Origin: a virus
Lineage: Duplodnaviria > Caudoviricetes
DNA length: 24,046 nucleotides
Direction: 5' to 3' (one strand)
Virus record (IMG/VR): IMGVR_UViG_3300016474_000984
Span: 1 to 24,046 of that record
Shown here: piece by piece, positions 9,100 to 16,934 of the stretch
Layout: each line of letters starts with the position of its first letter
Numbering within the stretch: position 1 is the first letter of the stretch
Notes under the pieces: model-generated
The model's input: the letters and a program-made list of their open reading frames with translations, nothing else
Told to the model about the DNA's origin: nothing
Databases searched by the model: none
Program-made: the position numbers and the translations under genes

Positions 9100-9939
9100 T
9101 CAGATATACTTAGCTGTCACAAAGGAAGCCTGCACGTTTCCCAATTGATTTGGGACATAGGCTTGTATGTTTTTAGAAATATTTTCGTTGGATGTTTGGG
9201 CGGTTATTGCAACTGTTGCACCTGTAATTGGAGTGGATGCAGGAAGCAGTTCGTCAATGGTTGGGTTGGAAGACGTAATTTCTTTATATATTATTTTTGC
9301 GTCTGCCGGTGCATTGATTGAAATGACTTTATCAATTGCGTATTTTTTATTTTTTGCATAATAATCTCCGGCCCACTCATATGTTCCACCTTGATTGTAT
9401 TTTACTATAGCAACATGATCTGATGAAACTCCCGTAGTGATAAAATCACCAGTACCACCATACTGCAATCCTATGGTCATGTATCCGTCATAAAAAGATG
9501 TATCTTCAATTATGGCAAATTGTCCATACAAATCGTAATTGCCAGTATAACCATAAAAATAACAGGCTCCTGTGTTGCCGATATATGGAAAAATAAAACT
9601 TCCTTCCGGGAAGGCTATTCCACCCGTCGTAGCCACAGCGGTTGGAAATAACAAAAAACTCAGTTTATTTTCTTTTATTGTTAAAAACTGCGTAGAGTTT
9701 TCTTCCAATAAATCAAAAGGATTTATCGTATTGTTTGCTGCAACCAACGCCCAAAAACTATTAGGGTCTGTATAAATTGCGTATGCAGCCTCTACTAGGG
9801 TAGTTTTATTATCAATATTAACAGAAGCTTCCGATATATTTGCCTTTTCTACATCCAAGTAAGTAAAAAAATTTGACACTTCAAAATCAGCTATTGTAGA
9901 GGAAAAAACAGTTTTTGGAAGATTAGTAAAAAATTTCAT
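9100..9939 (-). CDS. gp53: Baseplate wedge subunit gp53-like
   Basis: MKFFTNLP...SNFF...AYAIYTDPNSFWALVAANNTINPF; gp48-gp53 synteny. Confidence 0.8.
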   Translation of the reverse strand: MKFFTNLPKTVFSSTIADFEVSNFFTYLDVEKANISEASVNIDNKTTLVEAAYAIYTDPNSFWALVAANNTINPFDLLEENSTQFLTIKENKLSFLLFPTAVATTGGIAFPEGSFIFPYIGNTGACYFYGYTGNYDLYGQFAIIEDTSFYDGYMTIGLQYGGTGDFITTGVSSDHVAIVKYNQGGTYEWAGDYYAKNKKYAIDKVISINAPADAKIIYKEITSSNPTIDELLPASTPITGATVAITAQTSNENISKNIQAYVPNQLGNVQASFVTAKYI

Positions 9940-10757
9940 GAGGATGGTCCAAAATATTTAAGTGATATTTCTGACTTAGAGCGTAGAGCGTTGTCAGCGC
10001 TATCATAAGTACCAGTTTCAAATTCTGTAAATACCAACCCCAAAAGTGTCATGGATGACGCACCGTTTGGCAAAAATCTGATTATAGGATCACTTTCATC
10101 ATTTTTTTGAACTTTTACTGTTTCAAGAACACAAACTAAAGGTTCTCCCAACCAATTTGCAGTTAAATTGTTTTCCCCACCAAAAGCTGGCGCATTTCCA
10201 GAAGTTATCTGTAAGGTCCACAAATTTTGTGGATATGATCTTTCTGGTAGTACATTTGCAACTACTGGATAAGATGCTTTTCTAAATGTCCCTACAATAT
10301 TTTCAATTTGAAGTGTTTCTTCCTCATTTTTGGGAATCAAAGCATATTGGAAAAAATATTTTTTTCTTCCTTCCGATACCATTGTCATTTCTGCAATATT
10401 GCTAAATCTTCTGTAAGTAGAAGTTGCAAACATTCTCTCCCAATAAAATGTGGCCGGTTGAAGTGTGCGTGCTAATTGTGTAATTGCACCTTGCACACCT
10501 CCCCCTGCATTTGAAATTCCTGCACGTGAAAGAAGTGGTCCTACTGGATTGTTGTTGCTCTCTCCAAATTCATGGGCAATCAAATATCCCGGTTCCCGTG
10601 GCATCGGCAATTTAATGTGAGCAAATGCTCTGTTGGCTACACCAGCACGGGTTCTTTCAAAGTTTTTTAAGGAATATGATGCTGCATAAAAGTTCAACCA
10701 AAGTGGTTGTTCTGCCGCAGCCAAACCCGTTGGGTATGTTGAAAAAATTCCAGCCAT
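9936..10757 (-). CDS. gp48: Baseplate tail-tube cap gp48-like
   Basis: IKLPMP, RKKYFFQYALIPKNEEE...IENIVGTFRKASYP, CVLETVKV, LVFTEFET. Confidence 0.82.
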   Translation of the reverse strand: MAGIFSTYPTGLAAAEQPLWLNFYAASYSLKNFERTRAGVANRAFAHIKLPMPREPGYLIAHEFGESNNNPVGPLLSRAGISNAGGGVQGAITQLARTLQPATFYWERMFATSTYRRFSNIAEMTMVSEGRKKYFFQYALIPKNEEETLQIENIVGTFRKASYPVVANVLPERSYPQNLWTLQITSGNAPAFGGENNLTANWLGEPLVCVLETVKVQKNDESDPIIRFLPNGASSMTLLGLVFTEFETGTYDSADNALRSKSEISLKYFGPSS

Positions 10758-10764
10758 GTAATAT

Positions 10765-10787
10765 TATTTAGATAATTTCTCTAAATA
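10765..10787. promoter_or_regulatory. Back-to-back late promoters (CTAAATA on each strand)
   Basis: TATTTAGA-N7-TCTAAATA inverted repeat; minus copy 7 nt before gp48 ATG, plus copy 5 nt before gp4 ATG. Confidence 0.8.
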
Positions 10788-10792
10788 TTGAG

Positions 10793-11221
10793 ATGGCCTA
10801 TAAAAGCGTTTTTAATCCAAAAAATCCAAAAAAGTACATTGGAGATTCAAATAAAATCATATGCAGATCATTGTGGGAACGAAATGTCTGCAAATTTTGC
10901 GATGATAATCCAAACATACTGAAATGGTCATCAGAAGAAATAAGCATTCCGTATTTAAGCCCAATTGATAATAAAATGCACAACTATTTTCCAGATTTTT
11001 TAATCCAATTTGAAAATAATTCTGGAAAACACACCTGGATGGTAGAAGTTAAACCTAAGAAACAAACTATTTTAAAAGAAAACGCATCCAAAAAAGAAAA
11101 ATCAATGTGGGTGGTCAATCAAGCCAAATGGAAAGCTGCACGATCATATTGTGAGAGCCACAATATTACGTTTAAAGTTTTAACCGAAAAAGATCTTTTT
11201 AACAATGGCAACACCAAATAA
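10793..11221 (+). CDS. gp4: Head completion nuclease, T4 gp4-like
   Basis: MAYK..F.PKNPKKYIGD, RSLWER, KWSSEEISIPY, YFPDF, VEVKPKKQT, NQAKWKAA. Confidence 0.95.
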   Translation: MAYKSVFNPKNPKKYIGDSNKIICRSLWERNVCKFCDDNPNILKWSSEEISIPYLSPIDNKMHNYFPDFLIQFENNSGKHTWMVEVKPKKQTILKENASKKEKSMWVVNQAKWKAARSYCESHNITFKVLTEKDLFNNGNTK

Positions 11222-11783
11222 CAATTCTATTCTAAGTATAAAAGACTTTTTTGACCGACACAAAGGTCTTCAAAGAAACAACAGATTTTCTTTAAGCTTT
11301 ATTAATTTGCCTTCTGGGTTGCCCACAGTTCCCAACACTGATCTGAATCCCATAGCCATTACAATCGGTGCCAGAGCCATAGACACAATAGCGGATGGAT
11401 TAATTGGCTATGGACCAGGAAGAACCGTTCCAAGATCGCAAAAATTTCCACAAGCCGTATTAATTACGTTTCCCATAACAAACGATAATTTTATTACAAA
11501 GTTTTTTGATTCTTGGTTTAATAAAATATATTCTGGCGGCAGGCAGCGGGGATCTTTGAGTGAAGCATTTCAATTAGAATTTTATGACAATATAGTTGCA
11601 TCAACTCAAATGAAGGTAAGTTTATTAAACCCAAATGGTGATCCAAATATAACTTATACATTTTTTGAAATTTTTCCAATTGAATGCCTACCGATTGAAC
11701 TTAACATGTTGAGAACCAATGAATACAGTACATATTCAGTATTGATGTTCTTCAGAGATTTTACAGTAAAAGATGGATTTTAA
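11205..11783 (+). CDS. Tail-tube-fold protein, gp54/gp19-like
   Basis: RNNRF, FFDSWFNKI, FYDNIV, YTFFEIFP motifs; gp4-(gp54)-gp26 synteny. Confidence 0.75.
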   Translation: MATPNNNSILSIKDFFDRHKGLQRNNRFSLSFINLPSGLPTVPNTDLNPIAITIGARAIDTIADGLIGYGPGRTVPRSQKFPQAVLITFPITNDNFITKFFDSWFNKIYSGGRQRGSLSEAFQLEFYDNIVASTQMKVSLLNPNGDPNITYTFFEIFPIECLPIELNMLRTNEYSTYSVLMFFRDFTVKDGF

Positions 11784-11786
11784 TAT

Positions 11787-12449
11787 ATGAACATTTTATC
11801 TTCTTTAGACGCAGTTTTACCGACATATGAAGCTTTGTTACCGTTTTCAAAAGAAAAAGTGGTGTTTACTCCATTTAAAGTAAAAGATGCCAAAGGTCTT
11901 GCAATAGTTTTGCAAGAAGATAACAAAAAATTGGCATTAAATGCCATGGTCGAATTGCTTAAAAACAATTCTAAAAATTGCAATATATTAAATCTTTGTT
12001 TGGCAGATGCCGAATATTTATTTTTGCAAATTCGCTCAAAGAGCGTCGATGAGCAATTAAATCTGGTCTACAACAACCAAAAACATCAGGTATACATACC
12101 ATCAATTTTATCAAAAAATAATATAGTCTCGGAAACGATTTCTGTGAGTAATAATTTTTACATTACTTTAGAAACTCCTAAAATAAAAGATCTATTAAAA
12201 CTTGATTCGTTGGACAAAGAATCTTTGATTAGGAGCTGTATAAAAAAAGTTACTTTAAATGGTGAAATTTTTCACGTAAATAAATTTGTAAATGACGAGG
12301 TAAAAACAGTATTGGACAATCTTCCTTTAAATTTTTTAAATAAATTTGAAGATTTTTTAACAAAACAACCAGAGCTAACCGTCACATTAAAAAATGAAAC
12401 AGATGAAAAGGAGGTATCTGGTTTACTCACTTTTTTTACCTTTCGGTAA
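11787..12449 (+). CDS. gp26: gp26-like hub assembly/tail chaperone protein
   Basis: LPTYEALLPFSKEKVVFTPFKVKD, DAEYLFLQIRSKSVDE, C-terminal GLLTFF. Confidence 0.88.
   Translation: MNILSSLDAVLPTYEALLPFSKEKVVFTPFKVKDAKGLAIVLQEDNKKLALNAMVELLKNNSKNCNILNLCLADAEYLFLQIRSKSVDEQLNLVYNNQKHQVYIPSILSKNNIVSETISVSNNFYITLETPKIKDLLKLDSLDKESLIRSCIKKVTLNGEIFHVNKFVNDEVKTVLDNLPLNFLNKFEDFLTKQPELTVTLKNETDEKEVSGLLTFFTFR
12431..12437 (+). other. Putative -1 ribosomal frameshift site (T TTT TTT)
   Basis: ACT TTT TTT ACC in gp26 frame is a correctly phased X XXY YYZ heptamer; the -1 frame is open and gp51-like; SD-like AAGGAGGT at 12408-12415. Confidence 0.75.
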
Positions 12450-12643
12450 AGTTTTTTGATTTAAAAGATTACTTTACCACAAATTTTACTTTAATAAACA
12501 ATTTTAATTGGTCACTGTTTGATATAGACAATATGATTTGGTGGGAAAGAGAAATTTATATAAAAATTCTTATTGATTACCAAGAACAAAAAAAGCATCA
12601 GGACATGGCTACCAATTACAATTTAGGACAATACAATGGCTGA
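12431..12643 (+). CDS. gp51: gp51-like segment, start-less, -1 frame relative to gp26 (absent from ORF track)
   Basis: FFYLSVKFFDLKDYFTTNFTLINNFNWSLFDIDNMIWWEREIYIKILIDYQEQKK...G*; matches gp51 motif (YY.TNF.L...YSL.E.ENM.PWEREIY); in-frame TGA at 12404 and first ATG only at 12533. Confidence 0.82.
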   Translation, partial: FFYLSVKFFDLKDYFTTNFTLINNFNWSLFDIDNMIWWEREIYIKILIDYQEQKKHQDMATNYNLGQYNG

Positions 12644-13058
12644 GACCGGATTTTCTATTGATGTAACTGCAGAACAACAAGCATTTGCCCAAGCTATAAC
12701 ACCATCAGAACTTTCGGGTTCTGTGCAAAACATCAAACAAATTAAAGCTGTTTTGCCAGAATCATTGCCTTTGCGCCCTACTCAAGTCGAAACAACCGAT
12801 AGTCCAAAAGCAATATACTCTCAAACTACATTAGATGTTTCTGTAAAATTTGATGCAGAAACAAAGTACAAGGAACTCAGTGATACGATAAATGGCATTC
12901 AAGAGGGAATGGCGCAATCCCAACGAAATCAAAACAATACTTGGATTCCAAATCCTTCACCAAAAAATAATTTTGAAGAGCGCCCCACCACAGACCCAAC
13001 AAATCTGATCTTTATCAACAGAAGAGAAAGATTTTCTCGTTATCCCAGATGGGGATAA
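12636..13058 (+). CDS. Hypothetical protein in the tape-measure position
   Basis: SD AGGA; overlaps end of gp51-like frame; followed by terminator; no recognisable motif. Confidence 0.7.
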   Translation: MAETGFSIDVTAEQQAFAQAITPSELSGSVQNIKQIKAVLPESLPLRPTQVETTDSPKAIYSQTTLDVSVKFDAETKYKELSDTINGIQEGMAQSQRNQNNTWIPNPSPKNNFEERPTTDPTNLIFINRRERFSRYPRWG

Positions 13059-13085
13059 AAAAAGCCCCCTTTCGGGGGCTTTCTT
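13057..13085. terminator. Rho-independent terminator between convergent genes, strongest for gp32
   Basis: AAAGCCCCC-TTTC-GGGGGCTTT; minus strand gives GAAA tetraloop plus 7 U; plus strand followed by TTTCTT. Confidence 0.9.
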
Positions 13086-13942
13086 CAATCATTCTCCATT
13101 TCGGAGAAGTACTTTAGAGGATCCTTTTCCTCTATGTCTTCCGACACCACAGTCTCTTCCACGTCATCCTCAATGCTCTTGGATTCAGTGAACTGAGCGC
13201 GGATATCGTCGCCAGTTGCCTTCTTAAGGCGCTCCTGAAGCTCCTGGTAGCTCTTGAACTGGCTCTTGTCAGTAAACTCCTTGAGGGAGTACTGCTTCTT
13301 CCAAAGCTCCTCTAGCTTCTTATCGTCCCCTCCAAACAGCGGGGCAGGAGTTGCAAACTCGCTACGGTCGTAGTTGACGTAACCACCAACGTTGCGAATT
13401 TTGATCTTAAAGTCTGCACCAGTCCAAAAGTTGAACGGATCAACCGCAACCTCATCCTGGTACTCTGGATGAGCCAGGCTTTGGATCTTTTGGAAGATCT
13501 TTGTACCGTACTGATACAGGAAGTTCTTGCCTTTGTTTTCCGGATTTGCCGGATCTTCAATGACAAGAATATTTGAAATGTAAGTCAGCTTACGCTTGCG
13601 CTGACGAGCGATGTTCTTGTCGTCCTCGATGCCACTGTTCCAAAGTTCGGTGTTGGCTGCGCAAACTGGGCACTTTTCGCCAATAGTAGTGGGGCAGTTC
13701 TCGTAAAACCAACCACCCTTGCCCTTAAAGGTGTGACTGTAGACAGCAACAAACGGGCTATCTTCACCGTCAATCTCCGGAAGGAACCGAATTACCGCGT
13801 AGCCATTGCCTGCTTTGTCGATACCGGGCTTCCAAATACGCTCGTCCTTGTAGCTCTCCTTGGAGTTGAGCTTGTCAAGGCGCTCGGTAAGTGATGCGAC
13901 TGAGTTCTTACTCTTCTTCTTAAAATCTGAAAAATTTGCCAT
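13085..13942 (-). CDS. gp32: Single-stranded DNA-binding protein, T4 gp32-like
   Basis: DKAGNGYAVIRFLP, ENCPTTIGEKCPVC zinc motif, RKRKLTYISNILVIEDP, FWTGADFKIKIR, NYDRSEF, acidic tail. Confidence 0.98.
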   Translation of the reverse strand: MANFSDFKKKSKNSVASLTERLDKLNSKESYKDERIWKPGIDKAGNGYAVIRFLPEIDGEDSPFVAVYSHTFKGKGGWFYENCPTTIGEKCPVCAANTELWNSGIEDDKNIARQRKRKLTYISNILVIEDPANPENKGKNFLYQYGTKIFQKIQSLAHPEYQDEVAVDPFNFWTGADFKIKIRNVGGYVNYDRSEFATPAPLFGGDDKKLEELWKKQYSLKEFTDKSQFKSYQELQERLKKATGDDIRAQFTESKSIEDDVEETVVSEDIEEKDPLKYFSEMEND

Positions 13943-13954
13943 ATGTTTCTTTCC

Positions 13955-13971
13955 CCGAGGAACTACCTCGG
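13955..13971 (-). promoter_or_regulatory. Hairpin in gp32 5' leader
   Basis: CCGAGG-TAGTT-CCTCGG directly before GGAAAGAAACAT-ATG. Confidence 0.6.
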
Positions 13972-13986
13972 CCTATGAGTTATATC

Positions 13987-14014
13987 AATATATATCCAGG
14001 GTTTCACAAGTCAA
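13987..14014 (-). promoter_or_regulatory. sigma70-like promoter for gp32
   Basis: TTGACT-N16-TATATT. Confidence 0.65.
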
Positions 14015-14237
14015 GCGGAAGCTTTTTTATTTTACCTTTTAGTAAATGAAGTTCTTTAGCTTCCTGTTGAATTTTTTCAACAATAGGTTTGGTAAGAAGT
14101 TTACCCGAGGCGCTTGGGTCAAGTCCCATTTCTTCGGTTATTTCGAGAACACAGTCCATAAAAGACAATTGGGTCTTTTTTACTCTTTCAATAACTTTAT
14201 TTGAAAATTGTTCTTTTGCTGATTCATCAATGTACAT
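14004..14237 (-). CDS. gp33: Late transcription co-activator, T4 gp33-like (start revised to MYIDES)
   Basis: FSNKVIE, SFMDCVLE, KLLTKPIVEKIQQEAKELHLLK...KLPL; gp33-gp32 synteny. Confidence 0.85.
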   Translation of the reverse strand: MYIDESAKEQFSNKVIERVKKTQLSFMDCVLEITEEMGLDPSASGKLLTKPIVEKIQQEAKELHLLKGKIKKLPLDL

Positions 14238-14242
14238 ATTGT

Positions 14243-14270
14243 ATTTTATACCACAAATACACAAATTCAA
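14243..14270 (-). promoter_or_regulatory. sigma70-like promoter for gp33
   Basis: TTGAAT-N16-TAAAAT-ACAAT-ATG. Confidence 0.6.
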
Positions 14271-14282
14271 TAAATAAAAGAG

Positions 14283-14290
14283 TATAAATA
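14283..14290 (+). promoter_or_regulatory. T4 late promoter TATAAATA
   Basis: Perfect consensus upstream of SD AAGGA and ATG 14320. Confidence 0.85.
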
Positions 14291-14319
14291 TTCTTGAAGA
14301 AACTTTTTAAGGACCACAA

Positions 14320-15255
14320 ATGCCTATAAACCCATTTTATGGAGACGACTACGTAGTAATCAATAGCGGTGCTACATTTGCCATTGGAGCCGATCCAGTA
14401 TTGAGTGGTGGTGGATACACTACTTATATACAATACTACAAACTGGGTTACGGTCCTACTGGGGCTTTTACTGCGGTTGATACCGCTACTCCATTCCCCG
14501 TGACAGTCGCCACGGGACTAACTGCTATTGTTTCGGGCTTCTGTGGACCAATTGAAATAATTGGAAAAGCTGGTGGTCAAGCAGTTACCGTATCAGGCAC
14601 AGTAACTGTTCAGGGTATATCCGCTGCCCCAGTATATGTACAAACATCCCCAAGTTGCTATGTTGAAGTAACGGGTGGAAGATTTTTAAATAAAGCCAAT
14701 GACAGCGTTTCTGTTTATGGTCCAAATGGCAGCACTTGGGTTTATTCTGCGATTGTCTCGCAAACTGGGACTGCACTGGGATTCTCTGGCGACGCAATTA
14801 ATGTCAACGTAATAGGCGCATCAATCAGCGCAACTGTAGGGACGACATTATCCGTTCAAGGGTTCAGCGGAGGCTATCCACTACCAATAAATGACACCAA
14901 TCTTCTCCAAGGCATGACTGGCATATATGGACAGGTTGTTGGTCTCAGAAGCGATTTGAATGTTTTGGGTGTTGGAAGACCAACTACGTTTAAAACCGGT
15001 CGCGCAACTTTAACTAGCTCATCGGCAAGCCAACTTGATTCTGCTGGTTATACAACAACTTCTTCAATCAACGTCAAAGCGCTGTCAACGAATACCGACT
15101 TTGTATACATAGGAAATACATCGGGATTGATAGGATCATCTTTTGGTTATGCTTTAGATCCAGGTGAAAGCCTAGAAATAAATGTAATTAACACAAATAC
15201 TATTTACGGAATATCAAACACCGGAAACCAAATTGTTACGTATCTAGCATCATAA
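14320..15255 (+). CDS. Putative virion structural/decoration protein
   Basis: G/T/S/V-rich beta-type sequence; C-terminal INVKALSTN...VYIG...GYALDPGESLEI motif common in phage virion proteins; late promoter. Confidence 0.65.
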   Translation: MPINPFYGDDYVVINSGATFAIGADPVLSGGGYTTYIQYYKLGYGPTGAFTAVDTATPFPVTVATGLTAIVSGFCGPIEIIGKAGGQAVTVSGTVTVQGISAAPVYVQTSPSCYVEVTGGRFLNKANDSVSVYGPNGSTWVYSAIVSQTGTALGFSGDAINVNVIGASISATVGTTLSVQGFSGGYPLPINDTNLLQGMTGIYGQVVGLRSDLNVLGVGRPTTFKTGRATLTSSSASQLDSAGYTTTSSINVKALSTNTDFVYIGNTSGLIGSSFGYALDPGESLEINVINTNTIYGISNTGNQIVTYLAS

Positions 15256-15256
15256 A

Positions 15257-16555
15257 ATGTTTTCATATACATTAAATGTTGTAAAAAGTATTGAAAATTA
15301 CGGACTTTCAATTTTTGGAAGTACCTTGGATCCGTGTTTTGCAAAAGGTTACTTATCCAGCAATCCAAACGTTTCGGTAGTTGGAACTACGTGTTATATC
15401 GACTACTCCAATACAAAAAATATTTCAGATTTAACTTATATTAAAAAACTTTTTGCAAATTCACCAAACGGAACCACTTATGCTTTAACCAATGGTGACT
15501 ATTACGATAATCTTAAAAATTTAAGAACTGATATATCTGGTTCTTTTTTAAAAAGTTCATTTTTAAATGATAATACCCTGATAATAGGAAGCATTGTTTC
15601 AGGATTTACATATACGACCAATTATTCCTATTACACCAATAGCAATTTTATTGCACCACCACAATATACTACCGGGTATACTGGTTCCACTTTTGCTAAC
15701 TTTATAATCAACAACCTTACTTCAAATCCAGAAAAATCTTTTATAAATGCCGGGTGCATCGGAAGTTCTTTCGGTAAAGAAGAATATATTCAGATATACA
15801 ATTCTACGAGCAACGCAGGTAAATTAAAAATTAATTCTGTTTTAAAATTAAAGGATAACAAAGAAGTATTGTACATCGATAGCGCTTTAACATCTGAGGA
15901 TTTAGGAAACACCGCAGCTTCATGTGATTTCTACATCAGAGGCAATGCCGATCCAGATGTTTTAAACTTGAGCAGAAAAACCCTGGGATGTTACGTAGTT
16001 TATGACAATGAAGGAAATGAAATTGAATGTTTTGAAAATCAAAACAGGCTTCAAGCTTTTTTGAGAAGCCAATCTGAACCTTCTAGCTATTCGGCATATT
16101 GGGTACCCTGCTTGGACTGTTCCCGATTGGTAGACGCCTCGATAAATGCTGCTACAGCCGACATTAGCCTGTATTTTGACAACTCTGTTTATTTTTACAT
16201 AACAGAACAACAAGTCCAGACACTTCCAAATTCTACTTCCCAGACAAGTTATGTGTATACACTATATTCAAACGCATCTGGAAACAGTAACCAACAACCT
16301 ACAAGCACTTTGGGATTTATTTGCGATTATGGATTCAAAATAGATTTAAGCCATCCTTCTTTGAAGCAGTTTGCAGTTAACGTATACAATGATCCAGAAA
16401 AAAATGTATTGACGACTCAAAATTTATATAAAATAGGCACACCGGGTTTTGATCAAGCGGCAATCATATATCAAAAGACAGCAAACAGTCCAAAACTGTT
16501 ATACATGGAATTGACAGGCCCTACTACCTTTACCGTAGCAATTACTGTAGTATAA
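15257..16555 (+). CDS. Hypothetical protein, probably virion-associated
   Basis: 432-aa N/S/T/Y-rich ORF 1 nt downstream of the preceding late gene. Confidence 0.6.
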   Translation: MFSYTLNVVKSIENYGLSIFGSTLDPCFAKGYLSSNPNVSVVGTTCYIDYSNTKNISDLTYIKKLFANSPNGTTYALTNGDYYDNLKNLRTDISGSFLKSSFLNDNTLIIGSIVSGFTYTTNYSYYTNSNFIAPPQYTTGYTGSTFANFIINNLTSNPEKSFINAGCIGSSFGKEEYIQIYNSTSNAGKLKINSVLKLKDNKEVLYIDSALTSEDLGNTAASCDFYIRGNADPDVLNLSRKTLGCYVVYDNEGNEIECFENQNRLQAFLRSQSEPSSYSAYWVPCLDCSRLVDASINAATADISLYFDNSVYFYITEQQVQTLPNSTSQTSYVYTLYSNASGNSNQQPTSTLGFICDYGFKIDLSHPSLKQFAVNVYNDPEKNVLTTQNLYKIGTPGFDQAAIIYQKTANSPKLLYMELTGPTTFTVAITVV

Positions 16556-16556
16556 T

Positions 16557-16582
16557 AAAAAACCCTCCAAAAATGGAGGGTT
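16557..16582 (-). terminator. Rho-independent terminator for the wHTH gene
   Basis: AACCCTCCA-AAAA-TGGAGGGTT with A-run on the left (U-run on minus strand); between convergent genes. Confidence 0.8.
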
Positions 16583-16606
16583 AAAACAAACTTTGGTTTG
16601 TTATTT

Positions 16607-16843
16607 TTATCGAGTGCGATTGCGCACGATACGATAGTATGAACGGCCACTGCGAACCTCGCGGGTTACGGTATAGTTCATATCAAATCGATCAAAAGCC
16701 TCACGAAGATCGTGCATGGTAGCACGCATGTTGCTGACACGGAAGCGCTTGCGAGCCTCGCCAGCGGTAAGAGTTGCACCGCTGCGCATGTAATCAAAAA
16801 CTCTCTGAATCTTAGTGGGACGATCAACTGTAGTAATTTCCAT
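16607..16843 (-). CDS. Small winged helix-turn-helix DNA-binding protein (start revised to MEITTV)
   Basis: TKIQRVFDYMRSGATLTAGEARKRFRVSNMRATMHDLR...YYRI pattern; SD AAAGGA; own promoter and terminator. Confidence 0.75.
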   Translation of the reverse strand: MEITTVDRPTKIQRVFDYMRSGATLTAGEARKRFRVSNMRATMHDLREAFDRFDMNYTVTREVRSGRSYYRIVRNRTR

Positions 16844-16871
16844 AAACTTTCCTTTCTTAAGAAGTTGCACT

Positions 16872-16899
16872 ATAATACATCCTAATAATTGACTGTCAA
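16872..16899 (-). promoter_or_regulatory. sigma70-like promoter for wHTH gene
   Basis: TTGACA-N16-TATTAT; the -35 lies in palindrome TTGACTGTCAA. Confidence 0.7.
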
Positions 16900-16907
16900 G
16901 CAATTCC

Positions 16908-16914
16908 CTAAATA
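16908..16914 (+). promoter_or_regulatory. Late promoter CTAAATA
   Basis: Upstream of SD GAGGAGG and ATG 16935. Confidence 0.6.
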
Positions 16915-16934
16915 ATATCGACTGAGGAGGGTTT

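Noticed and set aside
10793-11221. TnsA-like endonuclease suggesting a Tn7 transposon
   Set aside because: Motifs and synteny identify T4 gp4 head-completion protein; no other transposon genes or ends are present
12533-12643. Independent gp51 gene starting at ATG 12533
   Set aside because: It would omit the conserved YF.TNF...W/YSL half of the motif and has no SD
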